From the NCBI GenBank assembly GCA_963839435.1, contig CAWIVD010000030.1, positions 1-24,000 of the forward strand: a stretch of 24,000 bases of DNA, given 5' to 3'. Source of the stretch: an uncultured Alphaproteobacteria bacterium. GTDB taxonomy: Bacteria > Pseudomonadota > Alphaproteobacteria > Rhizobiales > Rhodomicrobiaceae. This document shows positions 15,069 to 24,000 of the stretch, piece after piece. The position numbers were made by a program, and so were the translations under genes. Position 1 is the first letter of the stretch. The number at the start of each line of letters is the position of its first letter. The notes beneath the pieces were generated by a model. It was not told the DNA's origin. It did not search any database and saw nothing but the letters and a program-made list of their open reading frames with translations.

Positions 15069-15536
15069 CTATGCTGAAGGGTCCACAGCCGTGTTCAAGC
15101 TGCCGGCCCCCTCAAACCCATGCATTTTAAGCGCCCACTGAAGCCCCACTATCGCACCCTTCACAACAGGCAGAAAGGCGAGGCTCAACATGGCCGTAAG
15201 CGGAAGCCAAATCAGGAAGTGCAGCCACAAAGGCGGCTCATAAAGAAGCTCTACCGTTATCAGGGACGGCACGATGATGTGTCCCACAATAAAGATCGTG
15301 AAATAGGGCGGCGCGTCATCGGCCCGATGATGAAACAGCTCCTCGCCGCACGATGCGCAAATCCGCGACGTTTTGAGGTAAGACGAAAATAGCGTCCTTC
15401 GCCCGCATTTGGGGCAGCTCAGAGAAGCCCCGCGCAGGATGGATTTCAGAACGGGCCTGCGATCAGCGGGACAATTGGCGTTGGTCCAACCATGACTGGG
15501 ATAGGGAGCGTGCTCGCTCCCGAAACTGGACTGCAC
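15069..15536 (-). CDS. DUF983 domain-containing membrane protein
   Basis: Zinc-ribbon-like 'CPKCGRRTLF...CASCGEEL', followed by 'ADDAPPYFTIFIVGHIIVP' and TM segments, as typical of DUF983. Confidence 0.8.
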   Translation of the reverse strand: MQSSFGSEHAPYPSHGWTNANCPADRRPVLKSILRGASLSCPKCGRRTLFSSYLKTSRICASCGEELFHHRADDAPPYFTIFIVGHIIVPSLITVELLYEPPLWLHFLIWLPLTAMLSLAFLPVVKGAIVGLQWALKMHGFEGAGSLNTAVDPSA

Positions 15537-15550
15537 TCGATCTACTCTTT

Positions 15551-17857
15551 CTATCTAGATCGCTTTTTGGGCGCCTTCGCCGCATTCCGGGCCGCGTTCC
15601 CGCCGCGCTTTTTCCCAGCCCTTGCGAGCGCGGGTGCATACCGGCCGTCGCTTAGCATCTCGAACCGAAGCGCGCCCGCGGCGGGGTTGGCTTCGACAAG
15701 CTTCACATCCACTCGGTCCCCGAGCCGAAAGCTTTCGCCGCTGCGCTCCCCGACAAGCGCGTGATGGTTTTCGACGTGCTTGTAATAGTCCCGCCCAAGC
15801 GTCGCGATCGGCACAAACCCGTCGGCGCCCGTGTCGAGCAGCTTCACGAACAACCCAAACCGCGTGACGCCGGCGATGCGGGCCTTGAACTGCTCGCCGA
15901 CCCGTTCTGCCAGATGCATCGCAATGAGCCTGTCCACGGTCTCCCGCTCGGCGGACATCGCCTTTCGTTCGCTCTGCGAGATCGCCTCGGCAATGGCATC
16001 GAGCTTCGACTTCTCCGCGTCCGACAGGCCGCCCTCGCCAAGCCCGAACGCGCTCACGAGCGCCCGGTGGACGACGAGATCCGCATAGCGCCGGATCGGC
16101 GAGGTGAAATGCGCGTAGCGGCGGAGATTGAGGCCGAAATGGCCCAGATTGCCGGGCCTGTACTCGGCCTGTGCCTGGGCGCGCAACACAACCTCGTTCA
16201 GAATTTCCTCATGCTCCGTGCCGACCGCTTTCGCCAGGATCTTGTTGAACTGGCCGGGGCGATTGAAACTTGTCTTGGGAGCGTTGATATCGATGCTGGC
16301 CAGGAATTCGCTAAGGGCCACGAGCTTTTCCGCCGAGGGTGCATCATGCACCCGGTAGATCAGGGGCGACTTTTTCAATTCAAGGGCTTCCGCCGCCGCG
16401 ACGTTTGCCTGGATCATGAATTCTTCGATGAGCCGGTGCGCCTCAAGCCGCTCGGGAACGATCACGCGCGAGACAAGCCCGCGCTCGTCGAGGACGATTT
16501 TGCGCTCCGGCAGATCGAGGTCGAGCGGCCCGCGTCGGTCGCGCCCTTCCTTGAGTATTGTATAGGCCTGCCAAAGCGGCTTCAGAATTGGCTCAAGCAG
16601 AGGCGCCGTCTTCGCGTTGGGCTTCCCGTCGATGGCGGCCTGGGCATGGCTGTAGGAGAGCTTCGCGGCAGACCGCATCATCGCGCGCACAAAGCAATGG
16701 GATTGCTTCTTGCCATTGCGGTCGAAAACCATGCGCACCGCGAGGCAGGGGCGAAGCTCGCCTTCATGCAGCGAGCAAAGGCCGTTCGATAGCGTTTCCG
16801 GCAGCATCGGGACGACGCGGTCGGGGAAATACACCGAATTGCCGCGCAGGCTAGCTTCGTAATCGATCGCCGATCCTGCCCGGACATAGAACGAGACGTC
16901 AGCAATCGCGACGACAACAATGCAGCCGCCTTCATTGGCGGAATCGGTGTCGGGCTCGGCCCAAACCGCGTCGTCGTGATCCTTCGCGTCTTCCGGATCG
17001 ATGGTGATGAGCGGAACGCGGGTCAGGTCCTCCCGGTGGCGCATCGCCGCTCCCGGCAGTTCCTCAAGCTCAGCGAGACATTCATCGCTGAAATGGTCTC
17101 GCAAGCCGTGATTATGGATCGCGATAAGGCTGACGGCTTTTTCGGCTTTCGGGTGTCCGATACGCTCGGTAATACGGGCCGATGGCCGATGGGAGCGCAA
17201 ATCGCGAACGGTGTCGAAGCGCACAAGCTCGCCGTCCTCCGCGCCGTCCATTTCGCCCTCCAGAACGGGCCACTCTTTCAGATCCTTTTTGTCGATGGAT
17301 TCGACAACGAAGCCGTGTCCCGATTTTCTCAAAAGGCCGAGCTGGCGGGGCCTCTCGCGCGGAAGGCGCTTTATAGGCGAAGCGAGGAAGCCGATTGCGT
17401 CGGCGCCGCCGTCATTTTCGCCGCCAGCCTCGCGCAGACGGGCGAGCACGTGGTCGTCCACGCCGATGGCTGGCCCTTCATAGCGCCTTGTGATCTCGAG
17501 CAGGATCCGAGGCGGCGCGCCCTCTTCGTCTTCATTCCAGTGAAGGGGGGAGGCAATGAGATCGCCGTTCCGGTCCTGCCCGCGAACGACGATGACCGCG
17601 ACCTTCGGCAGAGTCTCTTTGCGCATCCCGCGACGGGGGTCTGCGATCAGGCCATCGGCGGCAAGCTCCTTGAGCATGCGCTTCAGGTCAATCCGGTCGG
17701 AGCCCTTGATATCGAAGGCACGAGAGATTTCACGCCGGCCAATATTAGTCGTGGAGGCTCGGATAAATTGAAGTATGTCTTCCTTGGTTGGTACTTTTGA
17801 GCGCGCGGGTTCCGCGCGCTTCACTTTTACGTCCATATTGTCTTTCTTGCGCGGCAC
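15551..17857 (-). CDS. rnr: Ribonuclease R
   Basis: 768 aa. RNB catalytic-domain motifs ('ITIDPEDAKDHDDAVWAE', 'SVYFPDRVVPMLPE', 'HFGLNLRRYAHFTSPIRRYADLVVHR'), a C-terminal S1 domain and a basic tail. Confidence 0.9.
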   Translation of the reverse strand: MPRKKDNMDVKVKRAEPARSKVPTKEDILQFIRASTTNIGRREISRAFDIKGSDRIDLKRMLKELAADGLIADPRRGMRKETLPKVAVIVVRGQDRNGDLIASPLHWNEDEEGAPPRILLEITRRYEGPAIGVDDHVLARLREAGGENDGGADAIGFLASPIKRLPRERPRQLGLLRKSGHGFVVESIDKKDLKEWPVLEGEMDGAEDGELVRFDTVRDLRSHRPSARITERIGHPKAEKAVSLIAIHNHGLRDHFSDECLAELEELPGAAMRHREDLTRVPLITIDPEDAKDHDDAVWAEPDTDSANEGGCIVVVAIADVSFYVRAGSAIDYEASLRGNSVYFPDRVVPMLPETLSNGLCSLHEGELRPCLAVRMVFDRNGKKQSHCFVRAMMRSAAKLSYSHAQAAIDGKPNAKTAPLLEPILKPLWQAYTILKEGRDRRGPLDLDLPERKIVLDERGLVSRVIVPERLEAHRLIEEFMIQANVAAAEALELKKSPLIYRVHDAPSAEKLVALSEFLASIDINAPKTSFNRPGQFNKILAKAVGTEHEEILNEVVLRAQAQAEYRPGNLGHFGLNLRRYAHFTSPIRRYADLVVHRALVSAFGLGEGGLSDAEKSKLDAIAEAISQSERKAMSAERETVDRLIAMHLAERVGEQFKARIAGVTRFGLFVKLLDTGADGFVPIATLGRDYYKHVENHHALVGERSGESFRLGDRVDVKLVEANPAAGALRFEMLSDGRYAPALARAGKKRGGNAARNAAKAPKKRSR

Positions 17858-17860
17858 GGG

Positions 17861-20521
17861 CTAGTGAGCCTTGACTGCCGCTTTTGCTGGTGCCTTCTTG
17901 GCCGTTGTTTTCGGCTTCTTGGCAACCTTCGCTGTTCCGTTTCCGTTGGCGGCGGCAGCTTTAGGCTTTGCCGTCTTGGCCTTGCCGCGCGCCTTGGTCT
18001 TCGAGCCGCCGGCTTCCATCTTCGCCGCGATGAGCCGGACGGCCTCTTCCAGGGTCAAGGCCTCGGGCGCCGTAGCCTTCGGAACGGTAGCGTTGATTTT
18101 GCCAAACTTTATATAGGGACCGAAACGACCGGAGAGAACCTCGATCTTGCCTCCAAGCTCGGGATGCTCGCCCAAGGCCTTGATCGGCGTTGAGGTGCGA
18201 GCCGCCTGGGCTTTGCCACTGCCTTCCGCAATGGCGGTGACCGCGCGGTTCTGGCCGATCGTGAAAACTTCGTCGGCATCGATTTTCACATACTTGCCGT
18301 CATGCTCCACGTAAGGACCATAGCGGCCAAAACCTGCCATGATCGGCTTTCCCGTCTCGGGATGAAGGCCAACCTCGCGAGGCAGCGCGAGAAGCTTCAG
18401 GGCATATTCCAGATTGATCGCGGCCGGGTCCGCCTTGGATGGGATCGACGCGCGCTTCGGCTTTTCGCCATCGCCGCCCTCGCCCAGCTGGATATACGGA
18501 CCGAACCGTCCGCTCTTGAGGCAGACGGGCAGCCCCGTTTCGGGGTCGTTCCCAAGCACGGTGTCGCCGGGTGTCGCCGCGGCCTCGCCGTTGTCGCCAT
18601 CGCCTGTCTTAAGCTGGCGGGTGAAGCGGCACTCGGGGTAATTCGAGCATCCGATGAAGGCGCCGAACTTGCCGACCTTCAGCGAAAGCTGTCCCTGGTT
18701 GCACAGAGGGCAGAGCCTTGGATCGCCACCATCCGCCTTTGTCGGGAAGATATGCGGCCCAAGCAGCTCGTTCAGCGCATCGAGAACCTGCGTAACGCGC
18801 AAATCCTTGATCTCGTTCACCGCCCCGATGAAGTCGCGCCAGAACTCCCGCAGCAGGTCTTTCCAATCGAGCTTGCCGTCCGAGATCTGGTCGAGGCGGT
18901 CTTCGAGATAAGCCGTAAAGTCGTACTCGACGTAGCGCTTGAAAAACGCCTCAAGGAAGGTCGTGACGAGGCGGCCCTTGTCTTCCGGTTCGAGGCGCTT
19001 CTTTTCGAGCTTTACATATTCGCGCTCTCGCAAGAGGCCCATGGTGCTGGCATAGGTCGACGGGCGGCCTATTCCCAAACGTTCCATCTCGCGGATCAGC
19101 GTGGCTTCGGTGTAGCGCGGCGGCGGCTCGGTGAAATGCTGCGTGGCCTTCACGCCCGCGTCGCGGAGCTGCTCCCCTTCCTTCAGCTTCGGAAGGCGGC
19201 CGCCTTCTTCGCCTTCCTCATCGTCTTTGCCTTCCTCATAAAGCTTGAGGAAGCCATCGAACATCACGACGGAACCTGTCGCGCGCACGCCATAAGGCTG
19301 ACCGTCGCGGCCCTGGACGGAGATATCGACCGTGGTGCGCTCGAAGTCCGCGCTCGCCATTTGGCTCGCCACGGCCCGCTGCCAGATCAGCTTGTAGACC
19401 CGCGCTTCCTCGGCGGTGAGCCCTTTCAGCTTATCGGGATGACGGCGGAAATCGGTCGGGCGGATCGCCTCGTGCGCTTCCTGCGCATTTTTCGCCTTCG
19501 TCTTGTAATGTCGCGGGGCTTGCGGGACGTAGCGGCTGCCGAACTGCGCCTCGATCTGGCTGCGGCACTGGGCGATGGCCTCGGGCACAATCTGCACGCC
19601 ATCCGTTCTCATATAGGTAATGAGACCCACGGTTTCGCCGCCGATGTCGATGCCCTCGTAAAGGCGCTGGGCGACCTGCATGGTTTGCCTCGGCGATAGG
19701 CCGAGCTTGCGGGAAGCCTCCTGCTGCAACGAGGATGTTGTGAAAGGCGGTGCAGGGTTGCGCTTGTGCTCTTTCGCTTCGATGCTCTCGACGCGGAAAG
19801 GCTGGCCGCCTATGGCATCGCGATAGGCATGCGCCGTCGCTTCGTCGGAAACATCGAATTTGTCGAGCTTCTTGCCGCTGCGGGCGACGAGACGGGTTTC
19901 GAACTCGTCGCCGCCAGCCGTGCGAAGCATGGCCTCAACGGTCCAATACTCGCGCGTCTTGAAGGCTTCGATCTCGGCCTCGCGGTCGACCACAAGGCGA
20001 AGCGCGACCGACTGCACCCGCCCCGCCGAGCGGGCGCCCGGCAATTTGCGCCAGAGCACAGGCGAAAGCGTAAAGCCGACGAGATAATCGAGCGCCCGGC
20101 GCGCCAGATAGGCATCCACCAGCGGCTCGTCAATAGCGCGGGGATTGGCCATCGCCGTCATGATCGCGTCTTTTGTGACGGCGTTGAAAGCGACGCGCTC
20201 CACCGCGACGCCATTCAAGGCGCGCTTCTGCTCCAGAATTTTCAGGAGATGCCAGGAAATGGCCTCGCCCTCGCGATCCGGGTCGGTTGCAAGGATAAGA
20301 CGGCTGGCGCCTTTGACCGCCTTGGCGATCTCGTTCACGACCTTCTGCGAGTCGGCCTCCACCTGCCACGACATTTCGAAATCGTTGTCGGGCAGAACAG
20401 AACCGTCCTTCGCAGGCAAATCGCGGACATGCCCGTAGGAGGCGATGACCTTATAGTCCGCGCCGAGATACTTGTTGATAGTTTTCGCCTTCGCGGCGCT
20501 TTCGACAATGACGATGTTCAT
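17861..20521 (-). CDS. topA: DNA topoisomerase I
   Basis: 886 aa. TOPRIM 'MNIVIVESAAKAKTINKYLG', active-site region 'GLITYMRTDG', zinc-ribbon-like repeats and a Lys/Ala-rich tail. It ends 3 nt before the rnr start. Confidence 0.95.
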   Translation of the reverse strand: MNIVIVESAAKAKTINKYLGADYKVIASYGHVRDLPAKDGSVLPDNDFEMSWQVEADSQKVVNEIAKAVKGASRLILATDPDREGEAISWHLLKILEQKRALNGVAVERVAFNAVTKDAIMTAMANPRAIDEPLVDAYLARRALDYLVGFTLSPVLWRKLPGARSAGRVQSVALRLVVDREAEIEAFKTREYWTVEAMLRTAGGDEFETRLVARSGKKLDKFDVSDEATAHAYRDAIGGQPFRVESIEAKEHKRNPAPPFTTSSLQQEASRKLGLSPRQTMQVAQRLYEGIDIGGETVGLITYMRTDGVQIVPEAIAQCRSQIEAQFGSRYVPQAPRHYKTKAKNAQEAHEAIRPTDFRRHPDKLKGLTAEEARVYKLIWQRAVASQMASADFERTTVDISVQGRDGQPYGVRATGSVVMFDGFLKLYEEGKDDEEGEEGGRLPKLKEGEQLRDAGVKATQHFTEPPPRYTEATLIREMERLGIGRPSTYASTMGLLREREYVKLEKKRLEPEDKGRLVTTFLEAFFKRYVEYDFTAYLEDRLDQISDGKLDWKDLLREFWRDFIGAVNEIKDLRVTQVLDALNELLGPHIFPTKADGGDPRLCPLCNQGQLSLKVGKFGAFIGCSNYPECRFTRQLKTGDGDNGEAAATPGDTVLGNDPETGLPVCLKSGRFGPYIQLGEGGDGEKPKRASIPSKADPAAINLEYALKLLALPREVGLHPETGKPIMAGFGRYGPYVEHDGKYVKIDADEVFTIGQNRAVTAIAEGSGKAQAARTSTPIKALGEHPELGGKIEVLSGRFGPYIKFGKINATVPKATAPEALTLEEAVRLIAAKMEAGGSKTKARGKAKTAKPKAAAANGNGTAKVAKKPKTTAKKAPAKAAVKAH

Positions 20522-20971
20522 TCAGTGGCGTTCTAATTCGTTAGGCCGAAGCCTGGAGAGGCTAAAAGCTGGCTGAGAAAGATCATCCTGGAACTGCGGC
20601 GTTAGCGGTAAGAAAGTTCCAGAAATGCTCCGGCTGTGCTTGCGCAGTAATTTGTCCTGCATTTTGGTTATCTTCCTAAGACTCTGACGGACCGAGTGAT
20701 TTTTCCGATGAAAGGGTTCCTTGCCCGATCTCCGCAAACCCGCATTCTTTAAAAACCCATTTCCGGGAAACTCGATGCCATCCCCTCTCCCAGACCTGGA
20801 TGCGAGTCTGTATTGCGCATCCGAAGTGAATAAATCAAGCTCGAAGCGTTTCCGTTGGAATCCCGGTTGAGAACTTTGAGTGGCAAAAGCCTCGCGAAAG
20901 CCAGCCGCTATTATGGGCTCTTGCCGCATGCGCGAGTTTGCCGGGAGCTGCAATTGCGCTACATTCAAACC

Positions 20972-21574
20972 ATGAACATGAGACCTTTCGTGGACACGCC
21001 TCGGGACCGAACAACGCAAGCAGCGGAGGGAATGCTGCGGCGGCGTTTTACCGTGGAGGAACTGGAGGCCATGGTTGCTGCCGGAATTCTCGGCGAAGAC
21101 GAGAGGATCGAGCTGATCGGCGGGGAGGTCGTGCCGATGTCGCCAAAGGGCAATAGCCATGAAGTTTTGAAGCATGGGCTTAATATATATTGGGCGCGGC
21201 GTTTGCCAGATCACCTCACCTTTGCAGCTGAGACCACGTTCCGGCTTACGCCAGACACTTATCTCGAACCCGATTTTGTGTTCTTCGATCGAGCAACGAG
21301 TATAAAAGGCTTGAACGCAAGCACCGCGCTTTTCGTCGTGGAAATCGCGAATTCGAGTTTCGCTTACGATATCGGGCGGAAGGCCGCGTTGTACGCGAGC
21401 TTCGGCATCCCGGAGCTTTGGGTTATTCACGCAGTGCGGCTTGAAACGCGCGTTCATCGAAGGCCGTCGCTAACGGGCTACCAATCCATGCTGGATTTGC
21501 CCTCCGACCAGCTGCTTGTTCCGGCTTGCTCGGAAGAGCTGGCGGTTACACTATCGAGCCTGCAGCTCAATTAG
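20972..21574 (+). CDS. Uma2-family (DUF820, PD-(D/E)XK) endonuclease
   Basis: 'FTVEELEAMVAAGILGEDERIELIGGEVVPMSPKGNSHE...EPDFVFF...ALFVVEIANSSFAYDIGRKAALYASFGIPELWVI' is the canonical Uma2 pattern. The start is ambiguous (20972, 20978 or 21032). Its TAG (21572-74) overlaps the bioA stop (21571-73) on the opposite strand. Confidence 0.8.
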   Translation: MNMRPFVDTPRDRTTQAAEGMLRRRFTVEELEAMVAAGILGEDERIELIGGEVVPMSPKGNSHEVLKHGLNIYWARRLPDHLTFAAETTFRLTPDTYLEPDFVFFDRATSIKGLNASTALFVVEIANSSFAYDIGRKAALYASFGIPELWVIHAVRLETRVHRRPSLTGYQSMLDLPSDQLLVPACSEELAVTLSSLQLN

Positions 21575-22827
21575 CCCGCGGCCTCTTCAATCGCGGCATA
21601 AACGGCGTCAAGCTCTTCGGGCGTGGTGCAATAGGGCGGCATGACGTAGACCGTGTTGCCAAGGGGACGCAGCAGCAAGCCGCGGCCGAGAAAAAAGTCG
21701 TACAGCTTCGGCCCAACGGCTGCGAGATATCCGCCCTGCTCCACATCGAAATCGACGGTGGTTATTGTGCCGAGTTGCCGGACATTCGAGACGCGGCCAT
21801 CGGTCCGCAACGGGGCTAGGCGTTCCGATTGCGATACCGTAAGCGCTGCGATGCGCTCGCGGACAGGTTCGCCCTCCCATACGCCGAGGTTGGCCACGGC
21901 TGCGGCGCAGGCGATGGGGTTCGCGGTGTAAGAGCTTGAATGATAGAACATACGGGCGCGGTCGGGAGCGTAATGCGCCTCGAAAATCTCCGGCCTGCAA
22001 AGCGTGACCGCGAGCGGGATGGCCCCGCCTGTCAAGCCCTTGGCGAGGCACATGATGTCCGGGGAAATGTCCGCTTGCTCACACGCGAAAAGTGTTCCCG
22101 TACGCCCGAAGCCGGTCATCACCTCGTCGGCGATGAACAAAACATCGAATGCCTCGCAGATGCGTTTCAATTCGCGCAAGACCGACGCGCGATAGATGAG
22201 CATGCCTCCCGCGCCGAGGATCAGCGGCTCCAGGATAAGCGCGGCGGGGGGATCGCGGCGGCAGGCGGCCTCGAACGCATCCAGGGTTGCCTGCTCGGCA
22301 TCCGGGCCAGGAAAAGGAATGCGCTCCACCTCGAAAAGAAGCGGCTCGTAAGGCGCGTTGAACACGCCCCGCGCGCCAACAGACATGCAGCCTATGGTGT
22401 CGCCGTGATAGCCGTGTTCCAGCGCGACAATATGTGAGCGCGCTTCGCCCCGATTGCGGAAGAAGCCAAGCGCCATCTTAAGCGCGACCTCGACCGAGGT
22501 CGAGCCGCTATCCGAAAAGAAAACGTGCGCCAGACCCGGAGGCGTGATCGATAGAAGCCGTCGCGCCACCTCTTCCGCTGGCTCGTGCGTGAAGCCCGCG
22601 AAGATGACCTGATCGAGCACGCCGGCCTGTTTCTGGATGGCTTCGACGATGGGCGGGTAATTGTGGCCGTGCGTGATAACCCACCAGGAAGAGATCGCGT
22701 CGAGGATCCGCGTGCCGTTCGCCGCCGTGAGCCACGCGCCTTTCGCCTCGGTGATTTTCGTCATCACCGGCTGGAGCGCATGCTGGGTGAAAGGGTGCCA
22801 GACCGGCGATTTCGGCTGTTCAACCAT
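21571..22827 (-). CDS. bioA: Adenosylmethionine-8-amino-7-oxononanoate aminotransferase
   Basis: Start at 'MVEQPKSPVWHPFTQH'. 'SSWWVITHGHNYP', 'FFSDSGSTSVEVALKMA', 'FIADEVMTGFGRTG', PLP-Lys 'CLAKGLTGG'. It overlaps the bioD 3' end by 8 nt. Confidence 0.9.
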   Translation of the reverse strand: MVEQPKSPVWHPFTQHALQPVMTKITEAKGAWLTAANGTRILDAISSWWVITHGHNYPPIVEAIQKQAGVLDQVIFAGFTHEPAEEVARRLLSITPPGLAHVFFSDSGSTSVEVALKMALGFFRNRGEARSHIVALEHGYHGDTIGCMSVGARGVFNAPYEPLLFEVERIPFPGPDAEQATLDAFEAACRRDPPAALILEPLILGAGGMLIYRASVLRELKRICEAFDVLFIADEVMTGFGRTGTLFACEQADISPDIMCLAKGLTGGAIPLAVTLCRPEIFEAHYAPDRARMFYHSSSYTANPIACAAAVANLGVWEGEPVRERIAALTVSQSERLAPLRTDGRVSNVRQLGTITTVDFDVEQGGYLAAVGPKLYDFFLGRGLLLRPLGNTVYVMPPYCTTPEELDAVYAAIEEAAG

Positions 22828-23458
22828 GGTTGTACCCGAAATTCCGCAAATCGAAATTCGCCCGAAAGGCTTCCGCGAGCCCTGCCGCATTCAGTGGCTC
22901 AACGATTGGCAGGCGGCCCAAGCGTCGCGCTCTGCCAACTCTCGTGATTGCGCTCTCCACATCGTCGTCCGGATTGCCGATGAAGACGACACCGTGGACG
23001 CGCATGTCGCGCTTTGCCAGTGCTTCGAGAGAAAGCAAGGTGTGATTGATCGTGCCAAGTTCGGTGCGGGCGCAGAGGGCGATGGGCAGCCCCCAGGATG
23101 CGAACTGGTCGATCTGTAATAAGTCATCCGATAAGGGGACAAGCAGTCCACCCGCGCCTTCGATGACAAGCGGCCTTGCGCCCCAGGGCAGCGGAAGCCG
23201 CTCCGGCTTTATGTCTATGCCCTGCCGTTGTGCTGCAATATGCGGGGATGCCGGAATCTTCAAACGATAAGTCTCCGGAAAGACCCGATCAGGAGCCAGA
23301 CCAGACAAACATCGCACCACATCGCTGTCCGTTTCGCCTTCAAGTCCTGCCTGGATCGGTTTCCAATAATAGCCGCCAAGAGCGCCGGCGAGCGCCGCGC
23401 TGAATACGGTTTTTCCGATCCCGGTATCCGTTCCGGTTACGATGAAGCCGGAACTCAT
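22820..23458 (-). CDS. bioD: Dethiobiotin synthase
   Basis: 'MSSGFIVTGTDTGIGKTVFSAAL' is the P-loop, followed by 'YWKPIQAG' and 'LVIEGAGGLLVPL'. ATGA overlap with the bioF stop at 23455-23458. Confidence 0.9.
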   Translation of the reverse strand: MSSGFIVTGTDTGIGKTVFSAALAGALGGYYWKPIQAGLEGETDSDVVRCLSGLAPDRVFPETYRLKIPASPHIAAQRQGIDIKPERLPLPWGARPLVIEGAGGLLVPLSDDLLQIDQFASWGLPIALCARTELGTINHTLLSLEALAKRDMRVHGVVFIGNPDDDVESAITRVGRARRLGRLPIVEPLNAAGLAEAFRANFDLRNFGYNHG

Positions 23459-24000
23459 GGCTCCAAGCGCTCCAGTTCGAAGCGCAGCGCCTCGATCATC
23501 TCGCTGACAAGCTCCTGGCTCGCATGAAGCGTGAGCGCAATCCGCAACCGCGCCGTGCCTTCGGGCACCGTGGGCGGCCTGATGGCGCGGATGTCGTAGC
23601 CGTAATCGCGCATCGAAGCCGCAAGCGCCGTCGCGCGCTTGTCGGAGCCGACGACTACGGGGATGATCTGTGATCCGCTCGGAGCGACGCCGCAGCGGGA
23701 CTCGATTGCGGCATTCGCGAACGCAATCAAGGCCGCGAGCTGCTGCCGTCGCTGAGGCTGCTCTTTGCAAAGCTGCAACGCCGCACGAACAGAAGCCGCG
23801 ATGATCGGCGAGGGCGCCGTTGAAAAGATGAATGGCCGTGAATAGTTGACGAGAAAATCTCGCAGGATTTTCGGACCGCAGATGAGAGCGCCCGAGGTGC
23901 CGAGCGCTTTCCCGCACGTGTGAAGCGAGACGACGTTCCCTCGCCCCTCCAGCCAACCGCCGAGGCCGCGGCCGTCGGGTCCGAACACACCCGTGGCATG
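23455..24000 (-). CDS. bioF: 8-amino-7-oxononanoate synthase, 3' portion (5' end beyond the window)
   Basis: 'LHTCGKALGTSGALICGP', 'RPFIFSTAPSP' and 'IRAIRPPTVPEGTARLRIALT' are alpha-oxoamine synthase motifs. The frame is open to position 24000. Confidence 0.85.
   Translation of the reverse strand, partial: HATGVFGPDGRGLGGWLEGRGNVVSLHTCGKALGTSGALICGPKILRDFLVNYSRPFIFSTAPSPIIAASVRAALQLCKEQPQRRQQLAALIAFANAAIESRCGVAPSGSQIIPVVVGSDKRATALAASMRDYGYDIRAIRPPTVPEGTARLRIALTLHASQELVSEMIEALRFELERLEP

Noticed and set aside
20522-21457. 311-aa minus-strand ORF ending exactly at the topA start codon
   Set aside because: Two thirds of it is antisense to the Uma2 gene, which has clear family motifs. The remainder has an Arg/Ser/Pro-rich, low-complexity composition with no recognisable domain. 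It is most likely a shadow ORF plus an open non-coding frame.
8500-21574. DUF559 and Uma2 nucleases as components of a defence or toxin-antitoxin system
   Set aside because: Each stands alone, with no adjacent methyltransferase, ATPase, antitoxin-like or sensor gene. DUF559 also appears core-deleted. There is no sequence support for a system.

Overview
High-GC alphaproteobacterial (Rhizobiales-like) chromosomal segment, mostly core genes on the minus strand. Main block: an Fe-S cluster assembly operon, iscR-like Rrf2 regulator - nifS/iscS-like desulfurase - sufB - [four inserted genes] - sufC - sufD (frameshifted) - sufS - sufT - sufA. Other content: a divergent alpha/beta hydrolase, divK, the syntenic block topA-rnr-DUF983-rpmG, a lone Uma2 nuclease, and bioF(partial)-bioD-bioA. 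The left 3.6 kb is a gene-decay zone. It holds a frameshifted aldehyde dehydrogenase, a heavily deleted and multiply frameshifted Fe-S photolyase/cryptochrome relic, a frameshifted TauE/SafE permease, and a mosaic of mobile-element remnants (group II intron RT tail, tyrosine-recombinase tail, IS91 transposase N-terminus). I found no tRNA, rRNA or CRISPR array, and no recognisable defence or toxin-antitoxin system. The most unusual items are: (i) sufB and sufC split by a co-oriented, tightly packed four-gene insertion that includes an AT-rich tautomerase and a core-deleted DUF559 gene flanked by direct repeats; (ii) a single-base frameshift in sufD; (iii) about 600 bp of AT-rich, palindrome-dense, ORF-free DNA where pleD is expected after divK, containing a promoter-like element and a highly structured candidate sRNA; (iv) an IscR-type palindrome overlapping the -35 of the suf promoter. 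All homology statements rest on remembered family motifs, not on searches.
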